Shown one piece after another: positions 1 to 12,000 of a stretch of DNA of 64,000 bases. The stretch's first letter is position 1, and every line of letters begins with the position of its first letter. The notes beneath the pieces were generated by a model. It was not told where the DNA came from, did no database searches, and saw nothing but the letters and a program-made list of their open reading frames with translations. A program made the position numbers and the translations under genes. This stretch comes from an uncultured virus (IMG/VR IMGVR_UViG_3300033571_018919) (taxonomy: Duplodnaviria; Heunggongvirae; Uroviricota; Caudoviricetes), in the IMG/VR virus record IMGVR_UViG_3300033571_018919, positions 62,001 through 126,000 of that record; one strand, 5' to 3'.

Positions 1-63
1 AGAGATACTAATAATGTTCTTTATGCTTGGGGTCAGGATACATCAGGACAATTAGGTTTTTAA
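1..63 (+). CDS. 3' end of an upstream RCC1-repeat protein (partial)
   Basis: Frame 1 reads RDTNNVLYAWGQDTSGQLGF-stop (TAA 61-63), the first half of an RCC1 blade; in frame with and abutting the ATG at 64. Confidence 0.85.
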   Translation, partial: RDTNNVLYAWGQDTSGQLGF

Positions 64-3000
64 ATGCCAACGAATTCACCAGTTTTATTAGGAAACAAAT
101 TACCATATAATTTACCAGAGCCTCAAAAAGTTGACAACAATAGTTGGACACAAGTTAGTGCATTTAACGACTTTACAGTAGGGTTGAGGTCTAACAGTAT
201 CTTGTATGCATGGGGCACAAATAATTCTTACCAAATTGGTGATGGTACTACACTAAACAAATCAACACCAACTCAAATTTCAAATAGTAGTTTCTTAGTG
301 GTAAGTGCGGGCTTTGATCATAGTGCTGCGATTACCACTAACAATACACTATTTGTTTGGGGAAACAGTGCTAGTACTTTTGTTCAAACTATTAATTTCT
401 CATGGACTAAAGTTGCAAGTTCAGGTAACCACACATTAGCTATTCGTAATGATAATACATTATGGACTTGGGGATTAAACACCGCAGGTCAATTAGGTGA
501 CGGTACAACTATTAATAAATCAAGTCCAGTACAAATTGGTTCAGGTACATGGAATGATATTAGTGCAGCAGTAAGTCATTCTGTAGCAATTGACAGTGAT
601 TACAAACTTTATGTTTGGGGTCAAAACAATGCCGGACAAATAGGCGACAATACATCGATTAACAAATCTAGTCCCGTTCAAATAGGTTCGAATAGTTGGC
701 TACAAGTTGCATCTGGTAATAGTTATACTGTTTCAATAAACTCATTAAATGAAATGTTTGCGTGGGGTTTAAACACAAGTTATCAACTTGGGGATAGAAC
801 AGTTATTAACAAATCTAGCCCTGTACAAATAGGTTCTACTTTTAGTTGGTCAAGTGTCAGTGCAGGCGTAGATCATAGTTTAGCAATAACAACCGATAAT
901 CAATTATATATTTGGGGTAATCCAGCTGGTGCAGGTATACAAGAACCAACTACAATATATTCATGGACGCAAGTAACCGCAGGTAATATTTACACAACTG
1001 CTATTAGAAGTGATGGCAGTCTTTGGACATGGGGTAGGAACACTGAAGGACAATTAGGTCAAAACAATGTTATACTTCAAAGTAGTCCTGTACAGGTAGG
1101 TAATAGTAGTTACACACAAGTATCAGGCAAATGGAGTCATACAAGTGCAATTAAAGCTGACAGTACAATAATAGGATACGGTAGCAATACATACGGGGAG
1201 CTTGGTGATGGCACAACTATTGCAAAATCAAATCCAGTTACATTATCTTCTAGCTTTACAAACACAAGCTGGACTTCAGTTAGTGCAAGTGTAAATCACA
1301 CAGCAGCAATTAGAAATGATGGTAGAATTTATATTTGGGGTTTAAATACATCAGGTCAATTAGGTGACAATACTGCAATAAGCAAATCAAATCCTGTTAG
1401 TTTAGCAAGCCCATTTGACACAAGTAGTTGGACACAAGTAGATTTAGGAAGAGACTTCGCCCTTGCAAGAAGATTAGATGGTAAATTATATGCATGGGGA
1501 TTTAATGATTTAGGACAATTGGGAATTGTAAATTCTACTTTCCCAATTGGTGGCGATACTTTAAACAGAAGCAATCCAGTATTAATCAGTGATAGTAGTT
1601 GGATTCAAGTAAGTGCAGGCTTTGATCATAGTTTAGCTATACGCTCGGACAATACATTGTGGACATGGGGTAGCAGTGTGGCCATAGGATTAGTGACAGA
1701 ACCAATGTCATGGCTCGCTGTGTCAGGTGGTGCAACACACACATTAGGTATAAGAGATAATGGCACGTTATGGACATGGGGTACTAATGATCAAGGTCAA
1801 TTAGGCAATTCAACAACTGTTATACGCTTAAGCCCAGTTCAAATCGGATTAACTAGATGGGCAAGTGTAAGTGCAGGTAGTAGTTATTCTCACGCTATTG
1901 ATCAAGCTGGTTTATTATATGCATGGGGTTTAAATTCAAGTGGACAGTTAGGCGATAATTCATCGATTAATAAATCAAGCCCAGTACAGATAGGATCTAG
2001 CAGCTGGATAGAAGTAACTGATGGGGTTAATCATACACTAGCAATTGATGCAGATGGTAGATTATATGGATGGGGTCAATTTACTAGTGGTCAAACAGGT
2101 GTATACGACGAAATTTATTCTTGGACACAAATCACTAGTGGATTGGGATTACGCACAGATGGTACCTTATGGGCTTGGGGGCAATTAACAGGTGATGGTA
2201 CTACAATTATTAGGTCTAGTCCAGTACAGATAGGGTCAAGTGATTGGTCCTCAATAGCGCCTATATTTTCTATGATTGATCCAAAAGCTGCATTAAAAAC
2301 AAACGGTACGCTTTGGATGTGGGGAACTAATGCACTAGGACAATTAGGACAAAATGATACCATTAATAGAAGTTCACCTGTACAGGTTGCAGGAAGTTGG
2401 AATCAAATAAGTGTGCAATCTGGTCATGCTGCTGCAAGAAATGTAAGCAATATTATCTATACTTGGGGCAAAAATGAAGCAGGCCAATTAGGTGATGGCA
2501 CTACAATCGATAAATCAAGTCCTGTTTTATTGAGTGGTGCGTTTGGTACTACTAGTTGGACATCTGTTAGTGTTGGCTGGTCTCATACCGCAGCTTTAAG
2601 AAATGATAACATAATTTATATTTGGGGCTGGAACAATCAGGGGCAGTTAGGTACTGGTCTTACCACAAGTAGATCCAATCCAGTAACTTTAGACGGAGCA
2701 TTTGCTACAAGTAGTTTTGTAGCTGTAAGCAGTGGTGCTTTACACACACTTGCCGTCAGATCCGATAGTAGACTAGTAGCATGGGGATATAATTTAGAAG
2801 GTTCTTTGGGTGACAATACAACTATTAATAAGTCAACACCTGTAGTAATTGGAACTAGTAGTTGGTCAGTAGTTACCGCTGCACGAACTAATAATCTAGC
2901 AGTCACTACAACAGGCACACTTTGGTTTTGGGGTGCTGATGGAGGTAGTGGCTCATCAGCTCAAAATGCCACTATTAACAGAAGCGCGCCAACACAAATA

Positions 3001-6000
3001 GGAGCATTAACTAATTGGGCATCAGCCGGTGTAGTTTCAGCAATAAACAATTTAGGTGTGGCATTTGTTTGGGGCTCGGGTGGATCAGCCAACACTTCAA
3101 ATACCTACTTACTTAATACAACAGTTGACGCATCAAGCCCCGTGCAAGTTGGCGGATTTAGATGGCCCCCTACGAAATACTATAGTCCACAACAAGTAGG
3201 AACAAGTAGTTTTTCTTTAGTAAGTGCAGGTAGTTCTTATTCAATGGGTATTAACGCAGAGGATTTATTATATGGCTGGGGAGTAAACAATTCAGGTCAG
3301 CAAGCAGATGGAACTACAGTAGCAAAATCAAGTCCGGTACAAATCACAACAAGTAGTTATATTAGTGTAAGTGCTGGATTCGATCATGTACTTGCTATTG
3401 CAAGTAATGGAACATTATGGACATGGGGAAATAGTGCAGCTATAGGATTAGTAGTTCAACCTCAATCGTGGTCAGAAATATCAAGTGGCAGTAGTCATAC
3501 ACTAGCAATACGTAGTGATGGTGCATTATTTGCCTGGGGTATCGGAACATCCGGTCAATTAGGTAACACTTTAGCAATTTCAAATTCAAGCCCAGTGCAA
3601 GTAGGAACAAGCAGTTGGAGTCAAGTTAAAGCCGGAACCAACGTTAGTTTAGCAATAGACACAAATAATCGATTGTTTGGATGGGGACTTAATACTTCAG
3701 CACAACTTGGCATCGGTGTAATTACAAATAGATCAAGTCCTGTGCTAATAACTTCTGGAAGTTGGATAGGATTAGCAGCCGGTGGCACACATACATTTGC
3801 AATTGATTCAACTAATAAACTTTATGGCTGGGGAAATAATGATTCAGGTCAAATCATACCATATGGAAGTTATTTTCCAACAGGCTACAGTCCTGTAAGT
3901 GCAGGTGGAGGATTCTTTGCTGCGATAAGAACATCTGATTCAGGATTATTACTTTGGGGTAGAAATAACTTTGGTCAATTAGGTCAAGGAAATACAATTG
4001 ACAGATCCAATCCTATACAGTTAGGTTCAAATAGTTGGAAACAAGTAGCAGCAGGTACAAGTTTTATTTCTGCTATTAGAAGTGACGACACATTATGGAC
4101 ATGGGGTTTAAACACCTCAGGTCAATTAGGAGATAACACATCAATAAGCAAATCAAGCCCTGTGCAAGTTGCTGGCTCATGGCTTTCAATATCAGGTGGT
4201 GCGACCCACGCATTAGGTGTTAAAATAGATAATACTCTTTGGAGTTGGGGTTCAAACGATGTTGGGCAATTAGGTGATAGTACCGTAGTAAATAAATCTA
4301 GTCCAGTACAAATTGGTACTAGAAGTTGGTCAAGTGTAAACGCTGGAAATAGTTATAGTTTAGCAATCGATACAACAGGTATCGTTTATGGTTGGGGTTG
4401 GAATACAAGCGGTCAATTAGGCGACGGCACAACTACGAATAGAAATTCTCCAGTATTACTAGCATCACCTTTTAATACTACTTCATTTTCTCAAGTCACT
4501 GCTGGATTTTCACATTCCTTAGGATTTACTACTTCTGGTTTATTATATTCATGGGGAGGTAATAGTGTAGGAGAATTAGGTTTAGGTCTTATTACTAGTA
4601 GATCAAACCCAACACAAATTACTCAATATTCTGGATTATTGCCTCAAAATGGTAGTTGGTCTTTTATTTACGCAGGACAACAAATTTCTACTGCTATCAA
4701 CAATAATAATTTATATGTTTGGGGATCAGGCGCTAGTGGACAATTAGGATTAGGCGATACTATTAATAGATCAATACCGGTACAAACAGGTATAGGATAT
4801 AGTTGGAAAGCTGCTGCACTAGAAGTAGCAACCAATTTGGGTGCAGGATATTTAAGGTCAGATAATTCAGTTTGGGTTACTGGAAATAATACATTTGGTA
4901 ACTTAGGCAATAGCACAACTGTTAATAGGTCTGCACCTGTGATAGTTGGTTCGACAAGCATATCAACTCCAGTACAAGTGGGTACAAGTAGTTGGAGTCA
5001 AATTAGCGCAGGTGCAAGTTACAGTGCAGGTATAGATAGTTTAGGAAAACTATATACTTGGGGATTAAATAATACCTATCAATTAGGTAATAATACAACA
5101 GTCGATAGAAATGACGTTATCAATCAATTAACTAATAGTAGTTGGACAAGTGTAAGTACTGGTTTGAATCACGTTTTAGCTATAGCATCAAATAATAGTT
5201 TACATGCATGGGGATCGGCTGCGGCTGTTGGATTGTCTAATGTCACCGCACTATCATGGAGTACAATTGCAAGTGGTGGACAATCATCACACCTTGCTGC
5301 TATTAGAAGTGATGGTGCATTATTTACTTGGGGTTTAAACACTAATGGCCAATTAGGTGATGGTACAACAATAAACAAATCAAGTCCAACACAAATAAGC
5401 GGAACTATTAGCTGGACTTCGGTAGCAGTAGATTTATCAAATACAATGGCTATCAGATTGGGCGGCACTTTATTTGTTTGGGGAGGTAACGCTAGTGGTC
5501 AGCTAGGATTAAGTGATACTATTAATAGATCAAATCCAGTATTGTTAGATTATAATAGTTGGAGTCAAATATCTGTAAACACATCTCATACAGCAGGTAT
5601 TAGAAGTAATCAACTGTATGTATGGGGAAATAATGTAAGTGGTCAAATTGGTGACAATACAACCATCAATAAATCAAGTCCTGTACAGGTAACTGGTAGT
5701 TGGAATTCAGTTAGCGCCGGCGCTCAATATACTATAGGTATAAACAATTCTAGTTTATTATTTGTTTGGGGCGTCAACGCTGCCTTCCAATTAGGTACAG
5801 GTAACACGGTTAGCAGATCAAGTCCTGTACAGATTGCAACAGGAACTAGTTATTCAATAATTTCTGCAGGACCAACACATGCGGTTGCAATAGATACAAC
5901 TAGTAAGCTATGGACATGGGGACAACAATCAAGCGTAGGGATTGATGTTAATTCATGGACTCAGGTTAGTATAGGTAATCAGTTTGTTCTAGCTATAAGA

Positions 6001-9000
6001 AATGACGGAAGATTATTTGCTTGGGGAGTCAATTCGTCTGGTCAATTAGGATTGGGTGATACGATACTAAGGTCTAGTCCTGTATTAGTGGGTAATAATA
6101 GTTGGTCGGCAATTTCAGCGGCTATTGGTGGAAATAATAGCGCAGGTATTGCAAGCGACGGTAAATTATTTACTTGGGGTAATAATAATACGGGACAATT
6201 AGGTGATGGCACAACAATAAACAAATCGAGTCCAGTACAGATTTCCTCAGGATCAAGCTTTAGTCTTGTTGCAGCAGGCCCAGGATTCCTGTTGGCTGCA
6301 TCTACTAATTATGCATTATTTACTTCAGGAGGTAATAGTGTTGGACAATTAGGTGATGGCACAACAATAAACAAATCTACTCCAGTACAAATAACTGATC
6401 CGTCAGTTCAAAGTTGGATTTTTATAAGTGCAGGAACTAGCTATAGTGGTGGCATAGATAATTTAGGAAAGTTATATACTTGGGGAACAAATTTCCTTGG
6501 TATTTTAGGTCATGGCGACACAATTAATCGTTCAAAACCAACTATAGTATCAGGATCGACTAGTTGGTCTAAAGTAAGTGCAGGTGGTGTTAACACATTA
6601 GGTATTACTAATTTAGGAGCACTATATGCATGGGGACAGAATAACGTAGGACAAATAGGTGATGGCACTACTATAAACAAATCTAGCCCAGTACAAATAG
6701 GTTCAAGTAGTTGGTCCGCAGTTGCAGCTAGTGATAGTGTATCTATGGCTATTAGGTCAGATAATACTCTATGGACTTGGGGGCATAATAGTGTAGGACA
6801 ATTGGGTATAGGTCTTACTACAAATAGATCAAGTCCGGTGCAAGTTGTAGCTGGCGCACAATGGTCTTCAATAGCTAGTTCTGGTAATAATACTATGGTA
6901 GCTATCTCAATAGCTACTGGAACTAGTAATAAACTTTACTTGTGGGGCTTCAATGCCTCAGGACAATTAGGTACAGGAGACACAGTAAATCGTAGTAGCC
7001 CCACATTACTAGCAGGAACTACAGGAACTGTTATACCAACTAAAATTTTAAATTATCAAAGCTTTAGCCAAGTAAGCACTGGTATATCTTACACTATAGC
7101 TAAAAGAGCTAATGACAATGTTTTAATGGGATGGGGTATTAATACTTCTGGACAGTTAGGAGATAATACCGCAACACAAGCAAGAAGGAGTAATCCTACA
7201 TTAATTGGATATAGAACTTTTGTAGACGCATCAGAAAATAATATTACCTCAGTAACATTCACTGGCTCACCAAAAAATGTTGATTTTAGTCCTTTTGCAA
7301 ATCAGCCATATAATACTGTCACTAGTGGTGGTAGCACACAATTTAGTGGATTAGGTGATGTCATTAACTGTGGCACAAACTCAGTATTTGCATTTGGTAC
7401 AGGTCCGTTCTGTATTGAGTTTTGGTGCTATAATAATATATTGAAAGCTGTAGCAGCAGTAACAACCAATCCATCTGTCACAAGTGTTACAGATTCATTC
7501 ATTGTGGGATGGGACGCCGCTGGTTCATATAACGTAGTGGTAGGAAATACTACATTTGCTTCTTCTCCGGGATTTATAAAGACTAATGTTTGGCAACATA
7601 TTGTTTGTTGTCGTGATAGTTCCAATAATGTGGCTGTGTTTATTGATGGTGTGCGAGGATCTCCCGGCGTCGTTGCTAGCAACTTAGTCAGAACAACATT
7701 AGGAATAGGAGATTTCCCTACAACCCCATCTCAAAATATTGATGGGTATTTGTCAAATGTACGTCTAGTTAAAGGTAGTTCAGTATATGATCCTACATTG
7801 TCAACGTTAACTGTACCAACTTCTCCTTTAACTGCTATAGCAAACACTGTTTTACTGACATGTCAAACGTTTGGAACCGCATACACAGGTAATATATCTG
7901 CTTTGGGATCAACAAGTGTATTTGGAAACTCAAATAGTCAGTTATATGTAACTGGTTTAGCAGCATCTGGTCAGTTAGGTGATAATACAACTATTAACAA
8001 ATCTAGTTCAGTACAGTTAGGTACAGGATACGTAGGTTTAAACACTAATTACAATACACCTACATTAATTTCAAATCAATCATGGTCTTCAGTAAGTGCA
8101 GGCACTAGTTATAGTTTAGCACTGAGAAATGATAATAGTTTGTTTGCTTGGGGACTTAATAGTTCAGGACAGTTAGGTGTTTCAAATGCAGTTGCAAGAG
8201 GATTCCCAACTCAAATAACAAATAATAGCAGTACGTTTACAGATAACAGTACAAATAATTTTACGATTACACCTAACCTTTATGCACGAATGGTGAATTT
8301 TACACCATTTGCAACAGTGCCATATGATACAAGTGTATATGGTGGATCAGGATCTTTTATATCAAATGATACATATGTAAGCATAGCTAGTAATGCAGCA
8401 TTCGACTTGCCGGGCGATTTTACTATTGAACTTTGGTTTTACCTAAATTTCCCACCGGTTGCCAATAGTGTAATGTTATTAGATCGTTGGGTTACAGGAG
8501 TCGCAGGAAGTTACCAATTATATTACAGAGGCACTGGAAGATCAATCACATTCCTTGTGGATAGCGCAACAGTATTATTACAAGATCCTTCACCTGATAC
8601 AATTTTACCAAACGTTTGGTATCATGTTGCAGTTGTTCGTAATGGGGTCGGATCAAATAATGTAACATTGTATATTAATGGTTTACCAAAAATTTCTGCT
8701 ACTTATACAAGTTCTCTAACAACTAGTAATACATTATACTTAGGGACTCAAGGTTCAACTCTCACCGCTGATTTAGATGGGTATTTGTCTAATGTGAGAA
8801 TAGTTAAAGGAGTTGCGGTATACACAAGTAGTTTTGTTGTGCCAACAAGTCCGTTGACCGCTATATCTGGTACTAGTTTGTTGACATGTCGTGATATAGG
8901 TTCAACAACAATATTCAATAAGTTTTCAGCAGGAGCAGCACACACTTTAATTAGAAATAGTGCTAGTACACAGGTATCTGCATTTGGGCTTACTACATCT

Positions 9001-12000
9001 GGACAACTTGGTTTAGGTGATACAATTAATAGATCAAGTCCTGTTATAGTAGGTAGTGGTACTCAAATCAATACTTACACAAATAGTCCTGTTCTAGTAA
9101 CACCAGGTACTAGTGGATATACACAAGTATTTGCTGGACAAAGCTTTAGTGTTGTAAAAAGAACTGACGAAGTTTATGTGTGGGGACTCAATAGTTCAGG
9201 TCAATTAGGTGACAATTCAATTATTAACAAATCAAGTCCTACGTTACTAAGTGCTGGCACAAACTTACAAATTGTGGATCAAAGTAATAGTGGCTTCTCA
9301 ATTTTACGAAATGGTACTGGATACTCTACTACAGTAGTACCATTTGCAGGCGCGATATCTGGTTATTTTGGTGGTTCTCCTAACGGATTGCAGGTTGTAA
9401 ACGCAAATCAATTAGATTTTGGAGTAGGTGATTTTTGTATGGAATGTTGGATATATCCAACATTATCATATTATCCTCTATCTGGTGTCTTCATGTCACA
9501 TGGACAGTATAATGGATCAGGCTACTATATAGGTATGTCATGCTATCAAGGAAACATTAGAGTAGCTATAAGTAATCCCAATACAACACTTACTACTACT
9601 GTAGGTGTGACTCCGTTTACCGCTAATACGTGGTATCATGTTGCAGTTATTAGAAACCAGTCTACTGTATTACCCTCAACAATGAATATGTATGTTAACG
9701 GTACAATTATTGGTTCTATAACCAATACAAATAATTATGATTCAGTAGCAAATGAAGGAATAGGTTCTGCTTTTGCAGGAAGTGGGGCAAGGTCACCATA
9801 CTATTATTTTACTGGATACATTAGCAATGTTCGTATTGTCAAAGGAAATTATGTTTATGGTGGTAATGGTGCCGTTGGTAATTTCACGCCTCCAACAAGC
9901 CCATTAGCAAAAACACAATCAGCAGGTACAAATATAAATGCTATAACAGGTAACGAAACTTCCTTATTGATTTACAACACACCTAGTTCGGTAACAGAAG
10001 TAAGTGAAGGTTTCAATTTAATTAGTGCTGGTTATACACATGTTACTTCTGTATCAAGCAATAATAAATTATATGCATGGGGATTAAACTCTAGTGGACA
10101 ATTTGGTACTGGTAATGCAGTAACGTATAGTTCTCCTGTGCTTGTCGGTAATAGTCAAATAATTAATACTGGTACATTAAGTCCGGTGCAAGTGAATTTT
10201 GGATTGCCGAATAGTTGGGCTAGTGTTGCAGCAGGACAATCATTTAGTATGGTTCGTGCATTTGATGGTAGTGTTTATGTTTGGGGATTAAATTCCTCAG
10301 GACAATTAGGACAAAGTGATTCGATTAATAGATCGAAACCAACGTTGGTTGGTGGTCAATTAAATGCTGTATTGGATGTTAGTTCAGCAGCAAATACAAT
10401 TACTAAATATGGAACCACATATACTACAACAACTGTACCAACTGCAGGAAGTGTTGCCGGATATTTTAATGGTGTTAGTGATTATCTAAGATGTGATGCT
10501 GCTTTATCTGGTCTGACAACTACTACTGCTCAATTTACAATTGAAGGATACGGTAATCCATCAACTTACAGTGGTTTTGCAAACGGTAGATTTATGATTG
10601 GCATCAACTCAAAAAGTTCAGGAACTAATAATTTATTAATAGGCGTAGATAGAATCTATTATAATGGAACAGAAATATCAAGTCTTAGTTTGCCATTAAA
10701 CACTTGGACACATTTTGCGGCTACTTTTGATGGGACGACATTCAGATACTTTATAGGAGGTGTTGAATCGTATTCAGAAGTTGCTGCACCTCAAACAGCA
10801 TTTAGTAATAATGTATTTTTAATAGGAACAGAGGCTGATGCTGCCGACGGAGGAACGTTAGGTAATTATTTACAAGGATATTTGTCAAATATTAGAGTAA
10901 CACCTCAAGCGTTGTATACAGGTACATTTACGCCTCCTACTGGTATTTTGACAACATCAAGCGTAGGGACTTCAGGTCCAAATGTTGCTGCAAGTTTATC
11001 AGGAACAGTTTCGTTCTTAACATATACGACAGCTGCCGCTACAATCGATGGGGCACAACCGTTTTATCAATCGTCTATAGCTGCAGGCGCAACTCATTCA
11101 ACAACTGTAAATGATTTTAATATTCTTTATGCATGGGGAGCAGGAGGGTCTGGTCAACTTGGAACAAATGCGATTAATAATTTATCAAGTCCGGTAGTGG
11201 TTGGTGGACAAACGAATGCTGATTTTAGAAGTCCAATATTAGCGGCATCAGGTAGTTGGTCAAGTGCAAGTGCAGGTGCTAGCCATAGTTTAGCAATAAA
11301 GGTCGATAATACATTGTATGGTTGGGGACTTAATAACGCGGGTCAACTTGGATTGAATAATACAATTGATAGATCAAGTGTTACACAAATTGATACAACA
11401 GATGCTTATGCTTCTGTGAGTGCGGGTAGCAGTACATCAATGGTAATTAAGTTAAATAATTTGCTTTATGCAACAGGTTTGGGTACTTCAGGGGTATTGG
11501 GTACAAATACTGCAATTAATAGAAGTAGTTTTGTTCAAGTTGGGTCAAATAGTTGGACTTTAGTATCAACTGGACTTACGACTTCAATGGGTATTGATTC
11601 AAATAACCTCTTGTATAGTTGGGGAGCAACAACACTAGGTCAGTTAGGCTTAAGCACAACTACTCCTGCTAGAAGTAACCCAACATTAGTACAAGGTATT
11701 AATCATCAAACAAAATCACCAACTTTAGTTGCAGGAAGTTGGAATGCAATTAACGCAGGATTATCACATACTGCTGCATTAAGAAATGCACAACTTTATA
11801 CATGGGGACTCGCAACTTCAGGCCAAATTGGAAATAATTCTGTTACAAACAGATCAAGTCCAGTTTTAATAGGAGCCGGACTAGTAACAATTGTAGATAT
11901 AAGTTCTTTTAGTAGAACCATATCTACTAGTGGTAGTCCATACTCACAAAACATTGTAATACCTTTTGCAAATACATCCTCAACTAGTTTTGATGGGAGT

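Noticed and set aside
61..63. Genome-wide stop-codon reassignment suggested by the in-frame TAA
   Set aside because: Well-known genes (nrdA, nrdB, iscU, iscA) end at the expected places under code 11, mostly with TAA, and no suppressor tRNA is seen
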